Shown: positions 15,471 through 29,590, counted from the stretch's first letter. The stretch: DNA of 64,000 nucleotides from the human T2T-CHM13v2.0 reference genome, Homo sapiens (GCF_009914755.1 NC_060935.1), one strand, 5' to 3'. Notes: generated by a model from the sequence alone, not told the origin. Numbers and translations: made by a program.

Positions 15471-18400
15471 ATCATCTGATCTAACAAACACTTTTGTGTC
15501 ATTCTGAAAAGTGGGAAGAATTAGTGGTTATTTGAATTCAGCTAGAAGGGACATACAGAATTTTGGTTTATTTTCATATTAGTTGTCCATCTTGGAGTCA
15601 TAATTTAATCCATGGTATCTTTGATCATATCTGATAGTTCTTCAGAATTATACGTTTGTGCATCTTTTACCACTTACAAGTAAGAGAGCGCAGTGCTTAC
15701 AGACATAGTCTTTAAATTTTAGAAGTGATACAGATTACATTTGGTGTGGATGAATTTCATCCATGTATTAGGTAAGTTGAAAATGACCAACTTTTAGTGG
15801 AGCCCAATACATGATAAACTCATTAGCTGGTTCAGATATGTATTTATGGGACTCTGTATCTAACACTCTTATGACACAGAAGATCCAATATTTAACTAAA
15901 CATATGATGAGATGAACGTGTTCAATGGAGCCAATGGTAAGCCAAGTCACGGAAATAACAATGGAAGCCCTTAAGCATTGCTCCCTTGTTGAAAAATACA
16001 AATTTCTTTATTGTAGAAACAGTTACTGAATTGATGTTGGAATACAATTATTAAGTAACTGAATTAATGGACTATAGATCATTATGGTTATATCTGACAT
16101 AGATTCAGGCCTTGATCAAAAGCCTTTACTCTGATCTAAAACTGCAGAACTATGATTACCTGCTTTTTCAAGAATCAGAATGTCAAATTCTGTTCTTAGG
16201 CTGCCTGCCTCTGAGCCTCAGGACTTCTTGGGCATGGAATTTCTAACAGGAAATGTAAAGCCCTTCTTTTTGGGAATGTGCTTAGGGTAAAGAACCTGGG
16301 ACTGGTTCCCCCTTCATTCTGGCTTAAATATTACTTGCCTTACCTCAGTATTTCATAAAGTGAAACTCATAATTTTTGTTCAATTTATTTTAAAATTTTT
16401 CTTTTCACATTATAGGCTTTTCACATTACTTGGCATTTAGCTACTCTTCCTTGGTGATGCCCAAATCTTTTCCCTCTAGGGAGTTTCTAGGGGGAAAAAA
16501 AGATGTTCGGAGAGTTTACTTCATTTGAATTTATTCCAAATAATGAAATTAACTAACCTATAATGACCTTACACTCTCTTTTATTTAAAATACGATGATG
16601 CAAAAGTCATAGATTGTGTCTACACACATAAATGGAAATATTATTTTCCTGATAGAATAACCCAAGAGATATCTGAAGAGTTAAATTTCTACCCAAGGTA
16701 GAGCATGTCTTCATTTGGTATCTAGTCCTTTAGGTGTGGTGTTTTCTTGTCATATCCTCCATGTTGTGTAAAAATTTGTTAAAGTTCTCAATGTACTGGG
16801 CTGAGGTGGGGAGATATAAAGACATGATTTTAATTAGGAAAGAAGTAGACTTAGGGGTACGCTATTGGAATTATATCTGAATGACCGAAAAACTGAAGAG
16901 TTTGGCTTCTGCCTGTGAGAAAGTTCTGTCATTGTTTTTTCCATAAAGTTAAATTTCAGCATTGTCCTTGTTAGGTACAAAGCTTAATAGCTGGGCACAT
17001 GAATGTTATCATAAATCCTCAATCACAGTAAAGTACTTATGGTTACTTCACCATAATTGAGGAAACTTTCATGTAACAAATTTTAGTGTTGGTATATTTT
17101 TGTTCACTTGTGTCACAAAATAAGGGTCTTGTCCAGGTTAATTTTCATTAATTAGGTCAATTTTTACATAGTCATGCAATGATAATATTTTTGGTTTTTT
17201 ATGAAGAAATTTTCCAGCAGGTGAGATTATTTAACTACCTTTGTGTATTATGTTTAAGCCTCTTTATATTTTGGTCATCTGCTTTGGATATTTCCATACC
17301 TCTGTAACAACTGAGATAATGAGAATCCTGTGTGGAATTGTGGAAACTGTAGCCATTAGAAACTAGTTCTCTAACCCTGGATCAGTCATTCATATTTACA
17401 TGTTCTGTGATCACAAATAGGTGCATGAGATGTCTACATTAACACTCAGTGAAAGAAGCATTGCTTTTCTGGATTACAGTGTGAGCATTTGAAACCAGTG
17501 ACAGGAGATATTCATTGAAAATTCTTGTGATATGAGGAAATGTAGCTAATATCTTAAATACCATATGATATTGTTGAAGGAATTTAATTGGGAAAGTTAG
17601 CCAGGAAACATGAAAACTTTTTGGAACATACAATGTATATTTGGTTTTAATATATAGCCTAATTTATTTTTCTTCTTTTCTATTTGTTAAATAAAAAAAA
17701 AGTTCCATACTACATGCTTAATAAACCAATAGATTTATAATTATAATCTTAATTTTTGAGATGTTGTATTTTATATGATATATTAATAAAAGTGTACAAT
17801 TACTTTCAGATATATTTGATTAGGGAGTTTAAAATTGCAGATCATGTCAAGTGTGTTAGAGTGTGAAGGAACCAATGCCTGTTATGTTCTGGAAGCATAA
17901 TATGGGTTTTTACTTACGAATCTAAAAAATCCCAGCAAACATACTAGTAGATAAATATGCTGAGGAAAGTATCTAGTCTACTGTCATTTAAATAGATTTA
18001 TAAAACTATGATTGTGAAATATAATATTATAGAGGTTTTCTGTTATTATGGGATTTTATCTTTTGAAAATATCATGTTCTTAGGAAACTATGTTAAATCA
18101 TGTTTTTCTAGAAAAACTTTAACTTAGCAGTTTACATTGAAAGTCTTGTAATCCTATCTTTCAGTTTCTAAAGTATTCCATTTGTAATTACTTACTTAAA
18201 CTACAGAGGACGGTTTACTCACCCTATTTTTTACAAGTAAACATTTAAATTGCCAAAGGATTATCCTGTTGAAATCTAGTTTTCATGATGGAAGAGGGAA
18301 AAGGCACTAAACCTTGCAGCAAGTAAGGTGTGAAAAAAATAACAGAATTGGCTATAGACTACATTATTCCCTTGTGTTCTTCAGCAGTTGCCTCTCTGTC

Positions 18401-18705
18401 AGTCTATAGCTTCAACAATGACAGAACTCTGGAATCAGCTGGAAATGGTAACGTGGGGCATGTGGAATGTTCATCACAGCTGACTTCTAGAGACAGCCCA
18501 AACTCTCTCTGCACACCTCCTCTTCCACTACCAGATCTATGTAAATGGAACCATCCTGTCTACATTTGAGGTTTAGTAATTCTGCAGCTTTCCTCAGCAG
18601 TGAAGAATCAGAAAGTCTGGGTTTGTATCTCTACTTGTCCCATTGTTCTCTGTAATTGGTTTGTCCTTAACCATCAGTACTAGAGACTTAAGAGTAACAA
18701 TGCGT

Positions 18706-18722
18706 GTTTTTCTTTTCTTTTC

Positions 18723-18753
<31 letters not shown>

Positions 18754-18773
18754 CTTTTCTTTTCTTTTCTTTT
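18706..18773 (+). repeat. (CTTTT)n microsatellite
   Basis: Direct reading; much longer than the corresponding tracts near 3873 and 36824. Confidence 0.95.
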
Positions 18774-20832
18774 ACTAGTATCTGGTTTGTTTTTGTTACA
18801 TCTACCCCAAAAAGCCTCCTGAGTCACCCCACGGACCGACAGGAGGTTTCACTTCCAGCATTTTCTCACTAAAAGGAATCTTTCTGAAGAGAATTTTAAA
18901 AGAATAATAATCTCACTTAATTACTTAATTGTCCCATTAACCTTCTTATTGCTTGTGGATACTCATTTGTTAACTATGATTTCTCTGTTTTCTTATTTTA
19001 GTCTTCTTTTCATTCCCTGAGCTCCCTCTGATGGTGGGTCCAAATTTTTACTATACTTCTGCTTGCTTTTCACTAAGATACGTTCCATCACAGGTAAAAT
19101 TACTACTCACATAATTAAATCATTATTTTCTAAGACATAGAGTTTTATTGTTTGGCCATAACAGGCTTTCCTGAATTGTACGTATCTTATCCTTTTTTTT
19201 TCCTGGACTACGTCTATAAATCTTTTCAAGTTGACAGAGATCTGAATAATTTGTTCTGATTCTGTGTTCACAGTGAAGCATTCAAAAACAGTAATAATAG
19301 CTATCATTTATTGAGTCCTTCCCAGGTGCCAGCCAGTGTTCTAGGCACTTTACTTTGTTTTAATAAAACGACAACTCTAATAGGTAAGGGTTGTTGGACT
19401 CCTCATTTTAAAAATGATGCAAGTAAGGGATAGAGAGCTTTAGTAAATGGCCCAAACTCTCATAAAAAGTGGTGAACTTGAGGTTGTAGCTGAAGCAGTG
19501 TGGCTCTAGTGTCCACATTATTCACCACATGCTACACTTTCTCTCCAAAGATGTCTTGGATCTTAAATAGGTACATGCTGAATGAGACACGTATAGTCAC
19601 TATTTATTCACTGTAATCATGAAACCCCATGTCCCACTGACTACCATTTTTCATGTAAACGTCATGAGCTTGGAAATTTTTATTTAATTATAAATTTATA
19701 AAAAATGAAAAACAAATTGTCAGCAGAATATCATAAAAGAGAGGTGCATGAATAGTTCTGTAGATAATTGACTAGAAAGGATTCTGAATTTCTCAAATTT
19801 AATCCCATTGTTTTCCAGTGAGCAAACTGAGGCAGACTTGTAAATGTATTCAGAATCAAATCCGTGCCTTCTTACACTGAACTTGGAATTTCTCTTAGAG
19901 TATGATTCTTTTTGAAATCTTGTAACTAAGATTACATTTTTGAGTACTCTTGGTATCTAAATTGTGTTATGAATAAAACCATGTCCCTCTTTCTACAGTG
20001 TCTATTTTCTTCTATCTCACTAACTAGCTCCTCCCAAGAATTCAGAAAAAAGTACTAACTGCTTATTCGGTAGTTAGTGACAGTCATGAGTTAGTTCACT
20101 TGAGTTCAAAATTAATTGCTGAAAATTAGGATATTGTATATATGTGTTGTAAAAATTTGTGTACAGGCAAGGATAAAATGGACAGAATCACAGATCCTTA
20201 TAAAGAGAACAGAGAGTCACATCAAGTAATTGCTACAAGGAACAATGTGATAAATAATGTCATAGCATTTATACAGTTCAGAGTCTTGTCTTTTGACATT
20301 TAATGAAAGACTAATGAACATCCTTTGAGGCATGAAGGAATGAAGTTCTAGCAGTAGAAGGTCAGAGTACTGAGTGAGATATTCCAGAAGAGATTATTCT
20401 TGGTGCTATACAGATTATATTACAAAGATACCACAAGTACAAACATAAAGGACTAAATCTATGTCAATTTATTTATTTAGAGTTTATTACCACCACCAGA
20501 GAGTAAGTTTCTTGAGATGAAGGACCCATTGCCTATTCATCACAGCTGACTTCCATGCCAATAAAATGTTTTAAATCAGAAATTATGAAATGTACAAATG
20601 GCTGTTGGGACTTTAACTGTTCTTCTATATAGAATATTCACTAAAACTTAGAGGTAGAAGCCTTTACCTGTGCACTGAAACTAAAATATTTGAGGAGAAA
20701 TAGAATCATCAGGGCAAGATGGGCTCTTTGGGTGAGGAACTCAATAGAGACTTACTAAATATTTATTATGTGTAAATCACTATTCAGGATACAGCAATGA
20801 AGATGTGCCCTGTGACACAATGGATGTAATCA

Positions 20833-20858
20833 TATTCCTGATCACTATTTCATTACAG
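20833..20858 (+). promoter_or_regulatory. Putative 3' splice acceptor of the OR coding exon
   Basis: Pyrimidine-rich tract ending ...ttcattacAG|g about 52 nt upstream of the ATG. The same acceptor is present in both pseudogene copies (AG ending at 6424 and 38876). OR genes typically have non-coding 5' exons. Confidence 0.55.
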
Positions 20859-20909
20859 GCCCTGTTTCCCTGAGCTCTCACCTCTGATACAAGCCTTAAA
20901 GAAGAGTAA

Positions 20910-21857
20910 ATGAGACAGAATAACAATATTACAGAATTTGTCCTCCTGGGCTTTTCTCAGGATCCTGGTGTGCAAAAAGCATTATTTGTCATGTTTTTAC
21001 TCACATACTTGGTGACAGTGGTGGGGAACCTGCTCATTGTGGTGGATATTATTGCCAGCCCTTCCTTGGGTTCCCCAATGTATTTCTTCCTTGCCTGCCT
21101 GTCATTTATAGATGCTGCATATTCCACTACCATTTCTCCCAAGTTAATTGTAGGCTTATTCTGTGATAAAAAGACTATTTCCTTCCAAGGTTGCATGGGC
21201 CAGCTATTTATAGACCATTTCTTTGGTGGGGCTGAGGTCTTCCTTCTGGTGGTGATGGCCTGTGATCGCTATGTGGCCATCTGTAAGCCACTGCACTATT
21301 TGACCATCATGAATCGACAGGTTTGCTTCCTTCTGTTGGTGGTGGCCATGATTGGAGGTTTTGTACATTCTGCGTTTCAAATTGTTGTGTACAGTCTCCC
21401 TTTCTGTGGTCCCAATGTCATTGTTCATTTCAGTTGTGACATGCACCCATTACTGGAACTGGCATGCACTGACACCTACTTTATAGGCCTCACTGTTGTT
21501 GTCAATAGTGGAGCAATCTGTATGGTCATTTTCAACCTTCTGTTAATCTCCTATGGAGTCATCCTAAGCTCCCTTAAAACTTACAGTCAGGAAAAGAGGG
21601 GTAAAGCCTTGTCTACCTGCAGCTCCGGCAGTACCGTTGTTGTCCTCTTTTTTGTACCCTGTATTTTCATATATGTTAGACCTGTTTCAAACTTTCCTAC
21701 TGATAAGTTCATGACTGTGTTTTATACCATTATCACACACATGCTGAGTCCTTTAATATATACGTTGAGAAATTCAGAGATGAGAAATGCTATAGAAAAA
21801 CTCTTGGGTAAAAAGTTAACTATATTTATTATAGGAGGAGTGTCCGTCCTCATGTAG
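20910..21857 (+). CDS. OR4A5: Olfactory receptor family 4 subfamily A, intact single-exon ORF (315 aa)
   Basis: Uninterrupted ORF with OR motifs: N-glycosylation site [47 protein letters not shown]. The termini [26 protein letters not shown] and GGVSVLM and the 315-aa length match my recollection of human OR4A5. Confidence 0.88.
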   Translation: MRQNNNITEFVLLGFSQDPGVQKALFVMFLLTYLVTVVGNLLIVVDIIASPSLGSPMYFFLACLSFIDAAYSTTISPKLIVGLFCDKKTISFQGCMGQLFIDHFFGGAEVFLLVVMACDRYVAICKPLHYLTIMNRQVCFLLLVVAMIGGFVHSAFQIVVYSLPFCGPNVIVHFSCDMHPLLELACTDTYFIGLTVVVNSGAICMVIFNLLLISYGVILSSLKTYSQEKRGKALSTCSSGSTVVVLFFVPCIFIYVRPVSNFPTDKFMTVFYTIITHMLSPLIYTLRNSEMRNAIEKLLGKKLTIFIIGGVSVLM

Positions 21858-22595
21858 GTAAGGAGGTATGTAGTCAAGGTCTTCCCAGTGAAGTTTTCAG
21901 GTTTCTAAGGGCAAGTCAAGGATCCCAAAGAAAGAAGACAGGATTTGGATGCTCCTAGCTCAATTACAAAGTCATCCCATCATGACATCTGATTGAAGTT
22001 CAAGATCTCAACTTCTACATCGAGACTGAGTGTGGATGGGGCTCCTTGGGGGCGGGTTTTACTGTGCACATTTTAAATTATGGCTTTTACTATTTACAGA
22101 TCTTTGAGACAGGGTATTTCCTCCACATTCTCAGCACACAATGGAGAAAGAGAGGAATAGGTAATAAAATGGATGCCCCTGTTCAGAAGGGAAGGCTGTG
22201 ATGCTTCCCTTAGTGTAAGTTTTTAAAGATTTTGTGGAATATACAAGGACCATACTCAAAAATATCTTTGAAACTGGTCCATCCCAGACTTGGGCTGAAA
22301 CTCTATATGCAGTCATATAACACTTTAAGAATCTTAGAATTATGATTCTCTAGTTTAAGGTACTTATGAGACACACCGTTAAATTTTTCTGTAGTCTTTC
22401 TAAGTGTCATAACATCCATAACTTTCAAATGACATTTATTTTGATGACCTTTCTTGGGTTTAGAGTACTTAGCTCTTGCAGACAGTGGAAAGGGGAACCA
22501 CTTTTATGTTTGAAACCAACAATTTCTTGTTCTTTTATGTTTCTTGTAAATTATGTCGAATATGTAATGGTTAATCTTTTCACTGGTGTTCTTTA

Positions 22596-25500
22596 TTTAT
22601 TTATTTATTTTTTTATACTTTAAGTTTTAGGGTACATGTGCACAATGTGCATGTTTGGTACATATGTATACATGCACCATTGGTGTGCTGCACCCATTAA
22701 CTCGTCATTTAACATTAGGTATATCCCTAATGGTATCCCTCCCCACTCCCTCCATCCCATAACAGTCCCCGGTGTGTGATGTTCCCCTTCCTGTGTCCAT
22801 GTGTTCTCATTGTTCAATTCCCACCTATGAGTGAGACAGTGTGGTGTTTGGTTTTTCGTCCTTGCAATAGTTTGCTGAGAATGATGGTTTCCAGCTTCAT
22901 CCATGTCCCTACAAAGGACATGAACTCATCCTTTTTTATGGCTGCATAGTATTCCATGGTGTATACGTGCTACGTTTTCTTAATCCAGTCTATCATTGTT
23001 GGACATTTGGCATGGTTCCGTCTTTGCTATTGTGAATAGTGCCACAATAAACATGCGTGTGCATGTGTCTTCATAGCAGCATGATTTATAATCCTTTGGG
23101 TATATACCCAGTAATGGGATGGTTGAGTCAAATGGTATTTCTAGCTCTAAATCCCTGAGGAATCGTCACACTGACTTCCACAATGGTTGAACTAGTTTAC
23201 AGTCCCACCAAAAGTGTAAAAGTGTTCCTACTTCTCCACAACCTCTCCAGCACCTGTTGTTTCCTGACTTTTTAATGATCGCCATTCTAACTGGTGTGAG
23301 ATGGTATCTCATTGTGGTTTTGATTTGCATTTCTCTGATGGCCAGTGATGATGAGCATTTTCTCACGTGTCTTTGTCTGCATAAACGTCTTCTTTTGAAA
23401 AGTATCTGTTCATAACCTTTGCCCGCTTTTTGATGGGGTTGTTTGTTTTTTTCTTGTAAATTTGTCTGGGTTCATTGTAGATTCTGGATATTAGCCCTTT
23501 GTCAGATGAGTAGGTTGGAAAAATGTTCTCCCATTCTGTAGGTTGCCTGTTCACTCTGATGGTAGTTTCCTTTGCTGTGCAGAAGCTCTTTAGTTTAATT
23601 AGATCCCATTTGTCAATTTTGGCTTTTGTTGCCATTGCTTTTGGTGTTTTAGACATGAAGTCCTTGCCCATGCCTATGTCCTGAGTGATATTGCCTAGGT
23701 TTTCTTCTAGGGTTTTGATGGTTTTAGGTCTAACATTGAAGTCTTTAATCCATCTTGAATTAATTTTTGTATAAGTTGTAAGGAAGGGATCCAGTTTCAG
23801 CTTTCTCCATATGGCTAGCCAGTTTTCCCAGCACAATTTATTAAATAGGGAATCATTTCTCCATTTCTTGTTTTTGTCAGCTTTGTCAAAGATCAGATTG
23901 TTGTAGATACGTGGCATTATTTCTGAGGGCTCTGTTCTGTTCCATTGGTCTACATCTCTGTTTTGGTACCAGTACAGTGCTGTTTTGGTTACTGTAGACT
24001 TGTAGTATAGTTTGAAGTCAGGTAGCGTGATTCTTCCAGCTTTGATCTTTTAGCTTAGCATTGACTTGGCAATGCGGGCTCTTTTTTGGTTCCATGTGAA
24101 CTTTAAAGTAGTTTTTTTCCAATTCTGTGAAGATAGTCATTGGTAGCTTGATGAGGATGGTATTGAATTTATAAATTACCTTGGGCACTATGGCCATTTT
24201 CACGATATTGATTCTTCCTACCCATGAGATTCGAATGTTCTTCCATTTGTTTGTATCCTCTTCTATTTCATTGAGCAGTGGTTTGTAGTTCTCCTTGAAG
24301 AGGTCCTTCACATCCCTTGTAAGTTGGATTTCTAGGTATTTTATTCTCTTTGAAGCAATTGTGAATGGGAGTTCACTCATGATTTGTCTCTCTGTTTGTC
24401 TGTTATTGGTGTATAAGAATGCTTGTGATTTTTGCATATTGATTTTGTATCCTGAGACTTTGCTGAAGTTACCTATCAGCTTAAGGAGATTTTGGGCTGA
24501 GACGATGGGGTTTTCTAGATATACAATCATGTCATCTGTGACAGGGAAAATTTGACTTCCTCTTTTCCTAACTGAATACCCTTTATTTCTTTTTCCTGCC
24601 TATTGCCCTGGCCAGAACTTCCAACACTATGTTGAATAGGAGTGGTGAGAGAGGGAATCCCTGTCTTGTCCAGTTTTCAAAGGGAATGCTTCCAGGTTTT
24701 GCCCATTCAATATGATATTGGCTGTGGGATTGTCATAGATAGTTCTTATTATTTTGAGATATGTCCCATCAATACTTAATTTATCGAGAATTTTTAGCAT
24801 GAAGGGTAGTTGAATTTTGACAAAGGCCTTTTCTGCATCTATTGAGATAATCATATGGTGTTTTTCCTTGGTTCTGTTTATATGCTGGATTACATTTATT
24901 AATTTGGGTATGTTGAACCAGCCTTGCATCCCAGGGATGAAGCCCACTTGATCATGGTGGATAAGCTTTTTGATGTGCTTCTGGATTCGGTTTGCCAGTA
25001 TTTTATTGAGGATTTTTCATCAATGTTCATCAGGGATATTGGTCTAAAATTCTCTTTTTTGGTTGTGTCTCTGCCAGGCTTTGGTATCAGGATGATGCTG
25101 ACCTCATAAAATGAGTTAGGTAGGATTCTCTCTTTTTCTGTTGATTGGAATAGTTTCAGAAGGAATAGTACCAGCTCCTCCCTGTATCTCTGGTAGATTT
25201 CGGCTGTGAATCCGTCTGGTCCTGGACTTTTTTTGGTTGTTAAGCTATTAATTATTGCCTCTATTTCAGAGCCTGTTATTGGTCTATTCAGAGATTCATC
25301 TTCTTCCTGGTTTAGTCTTGGGAGGGTGTATGTGCCCAGGAATTTGTCCATTTCTCCTAGATTTTCTAGTTTATTTGCGTAGAGGTGTTTATAGTATTGT
25401 CTGATGGTAGCTTGTATTTCTGTGGGATCATTGATAATATCCCCTTTATCATTTTTTATTGCGTCTATTTGATTCTTCTCTCTTTTCTTCTTTATTAGTC

Positions 25501-28500
25501 TTGCTAGTGGTCTATCAATTTTGTTGATCTTTTCAAAAAACCAGCTCCTGGATTCATTGATTTTTTGAAGGGTTTTTGTGTCGCTGTGTCCTTCAGTTCT
25601 GCTCTGATCTTAGTTATTTTTTGCCTTCTGCTGGCTTTGAATGTGTTTGCCCTTGCCTTTCTAGCTCTTTTAATTGTGATGTTAGGGTGCCAATTTTAGA
25701 TGTTTCCTGATTTCTCTTGTGGGCATGTAGTGCTGTAAATTTCCCTCTACACACTGCTTTGAATGTGTCCCAGAGATTCTGGTATGCTGTGTCTTTGTTT
25801 TCATTGGTTTCAAGGAACATCTTTATTTCTGCCTTCATTTCATTATTTACCCAGTAGTCATTCAGCAGCAGGTTGTTCAGTTTCCATCTAGTTGAGCGGT
25901 TTTTAGTGAGTTTCTTAATCCTGAGTTCTAGTTTGATTGCACTGTGGTCTGAGACACAGTTTATAATAATTTCTGTTCTTTTACATTTGCTGAGGAGTGC
26001 TTCACTTCCAACTATGTGGTCACTTTTGGAATAGGTGTGGTGTGGTGCTGAGAAGAATGTATATTCTGTTGATTTGTGGTGGAGAGTTCTGTAGATGTCT
26101 ATTAGGTCTCCTTGGTGTAGAGCTGAGTTCAATTCCTGGATATCCTTGTTAACTTTCTGTCTGATTGATCTGTCTAATGGTGACAGTGGGGAGTTAAAGT
26201 CTCCCATTATTATTGTGTGGGAGTTTGAGTCTCTTTCTAGGTCTCTAAGGATTGGCTTTATGAATCTGGGTGCTTCTGTATTGGGTGCATACATATTTAG
26301 GATAGTTAGCTCTTCTTGTTGAATTGATCCCTTTACCATTATGTAATGGCCTTCTTTGTCTCTTTTGATCTTTGTTGGTTTAAAGTCTGTTTTATCAGAA
26401 ACTAGGATTGCAACCCCTGGATTTTTGTTTTCCATTTGCTTGGTAGATCTTCTTCCATCCTTTTATTTTGAGCCTATGTGTGTCTCTGCATGTGAGATTG
26501 ATTTCCTGAATACAGCACAATGATGGGTCTTGACTCTTTATTCAATTTGTCAGTCTGTGTCTTTTAATTGGAGCACTTAGACCATTTACATTTAAAGTTA
26601 ATATTGTTATGTGTGAATTTGATCCTGTCATTATGCTCTTAGCTAGTTATTTTGCTAGTCAGTTGATGCAGTTTTTTCCTAGCCTCAATGGTCTTTACGA
26701 TTTGGCATGTTTTTGCAGTGGCTGGTACTGGTTGTTCCTTTCCGTGTTTATTGCTTCCTTCAGGAGGTCTTTTATGGCAGGCCTGGTGGTGACAGAATCT
26801 CTCAGCATTTGCTTGTCTGTAAAGGATTTTATTTCTCCTTCACTTATAAAGCTTAGTTTGGCTGGATATGAAATTCTGAGTTGAAAATTCTTTTCTTTAA
26901 GCCTGTTGAATATTGGCCCCCACTCTCTTCTGGCTTGTAGAGTTTCTGCTGAGAGATCAGTAGTTAGTCTGATGGGCTTCCCTTTGTGGGTAACCCGACC
27001 TTTCTCTGTGGCTGCCCTTAACATTTTCTCCTTCATTTCAACTTTGGTGAATCTGACAATTATGTTTCTTGGAGTTGCTGTTCTTGAGGAGTATCTTTGG
27101 GGGGTTCTCTGTATTTCCTGAATGTGAATGTTGGCCTGCCTTTCTAGATTGGGGAATTTCTCCTGGATAATATCCTGCAGAGTGTTTTCCAACTTGGTTC
27201 CATTCTCCCCGTCACTCTGAGGTACACCAATCAAAAGTAGATTTGGTCTTTTCACATAATCCCATATTTCTTGGAGGCTTCATTTATTTTTATTCTTTTT
27301 TCTCTAGACTTCTCTCTTGCTTCATTTCATTCATTTTATCTTCCATCACTGATACCCTTTCTTCCAGTTGATTGAATCAGGTACTGAGGCTTGTGCATTT
27401 GTCACGTAGTCCTCATGCCTTGGTTTTCAGCTCCATCAGGTCTTTTAAGGACTTCTCTGCATTGGTTATTCTAGTCAGCCATTCGTCTAATTTTTTTTTC
27501 AAGGTTTTTAACTTCTTTGCCATGGTTTTGAAATTCCTCCTTTAGCTCAGAGTAGTTTGATGGTCTGAAGCCTTCTTCTCTCAATTCGTCAAAGTCATTC
27601 TCCATCCAGCTTTGTTCCATTGCTGGTGAGGAGCTGCATTCCTTTGGAGGAGGAGAGGTGCTCTGATTTTTAGAGTTTCCAGTTTTTCTGCTCTTTTTTT
27701 CCCCATCTTTGTGGTTTTATCTACATTAGATCATTGATGATGGTGACATTCAGTTGGTGTTTTGGTTTCGATGTCCTTTGTATTTGTTAGTTTTCCTTTT
27801 AACAGTCAGGTCCCTCAGCTGCAGGTGTGTTGGAGTTTGCTGGAGGTCCACTCCAGACCCTGTTTACCTGGGTATCAGCAGCGGAGGCTGCAGAACAGTG
27901 GATTTTGGTGAACAGCAAGTGCTGCTGCCTGATCATTCCTCTGGAAGTTTTGTCTCAGAGGAGTACCCGGCCGTGTGAGGTGTCAGTCTGCCTCTATTTG
28001 GGGATGCCTCCCAGTTAGGCTACTCGAGGGTCAGGGACTCATTGAGGAGGCAGTCTGTCTGTTCTTAGATCTCCAGCTGCATGCTGGGAGAACCACTACT
28101 CCTTCAAAGCTGTCAGACAGAGACATTTAAATCTGCAGAGGATTCTGCTGCCTTTTATTTGGCAATGCTCTGCCCCCAGAGGTGGTGTCTAGAGACACAG
28201 GCAGGCCTCCTTGAGCTGCGGTGGGTTCCACCTAGTTCAAGCTTCCAGGCCGCTTTGTTTACCTACTCAAGGCTTGGCAATGGCGGGTGCCCCTACCCCA
28301 GCCTTGCTGCTGCCTTGCAGTTTGATCTCAGACTGCTGTGCTAGCAATGAGCAAGGCTCCATGGGCTTAGGACCCCCCAAGCCATGTGCAGGATAAAATC
28401 TCCTGGTGTGCCATTTGCTATGACTGTTGGAAAAGTGCAGTATTAGGGTGGGAGTGATCTCATTTTCCAGGTGTCATCTGTCACCCCTTTCTTTGACTAG

Positions 28501-28731
28501 GAGAGGGAATTCCCTGACCCCTTGCACTTCCCAGGTGAGGTGTTACCTCGCCCTGCTTCGGCTCATGCTCGGTGCACTGCACCCACTACACTGCACCCAC
28601 TTTCCAACACTCCCCAGAGAGATGAATCCGGTACCTCAGTTGGGCATTCAGAAATCACCAGTCTTCTGCATCGCTCATGCTGGGAGCTGTGGACTGGAGC
28701 TGTTCCTATTCGGCCATCTTTGCTCCACCCC
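22596..28731 (-). mobile_element. Full-length (about 6.1 kb) L1PA4-like element with disrupted ORFs
   Basis: 5' end 'cggccatctttgctccacccc', ORF1 fragment 26695-27255, EN fragment 25614-26435, RT fragments and 3' UTR. Degenerate TSD tcactggtgttcttta (22580-22595) versus tcattagtgtttttta (28732-28747), 13/16 matching. Confidence 0.96.
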
Positions 28732-29079
28732 TCATTAGTGTTTTTTAAATATCTATGCCTTATTATATGATACACTGCTGTAAGAAACAGCTGAAATTTT
28801 CAGTATTCTACTTGGAAATTTTAGCCATATCCACCAATTTACTTATGTATATTTTTCATTTTCTACCTTCCTATGGGTGACAGAGGTACTAAATTTTTTC
28901 AGCATTGCATCACAAGTCAAATTTTCACAGCTTCTGGAATAGTTACTTCTGTCTTTTGAGCATTCACTTACAGTGTCCTGGTGGCCCCTATTTTTGGACA
29001 CTAAAGCCAATTCCATACACTTTAAATTGTAGTTATGGAAACTCCACGCCTTGAGATGTCACTTTTATTCTGGTTCTGT

Positions 29080-29590
29080 CTTCATGTAATGTTCAGGGTT
29101 CCACAGTTTTTGTGAGTTAAACAACCATCATTTCATTTTATATCAAAATTTTGTGAGCCAGGAATTCAGGCAGTTGTTGGCAGGGTGCTTCTTCTGTTTT
29201 GTGTGGCAAGGAGTGAAGTCACTCTCTTATTCACCTGATAACTAAATGTTCCGTAAGAGGCAGGATAACTTAATTCACATTTATAGTATATTAGAAGGGA
29301 TGACATTAAGAGATGCACTGTGTTCCTTCTCCTATCTCTTTAGATAAAGGACCACGAGATCACTCCAGAGAATAGCCACACTTTTTGTATGGTGCTCAGA
29401 GATCGCAGTGGTAGAACATAGATGAGTTTGGCCAGGTAAGTGCTATGTCCAGAACTGGTGCAATGTCACTTGCATCATATTCTATTCAAACGAGTGGTCA
29501 CATGACCACCCCAGATTTGATGTTTTACAGAAATAGATGATAACCCTTGAGTGGGAAGTGGTAAAATCATTTCACAGAGCAGCATGCAGA
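29080..29590. mobile_element. Old MLT1-type MaLR LTR (partial paralog at about 40920-41255)
   Basis: 'ttaaacaacc...ttttgtgagccaggaattcaggcag' and 'tgtcacttgcatcatattctatt...gtcaca' motifs. Confidence 0.6.

Larger units (their letters stand above)
15171..29430 (+). repeat. Segmental duplication unit B (carries OR4A5; interrupted by a full-length L1)
   Basis: The upstream module aligns by eye with units A, C, D and E. The 3' flank (22250-22595 plus 28748-29430) aligns with 40260-41255. Confidence 0.88.
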
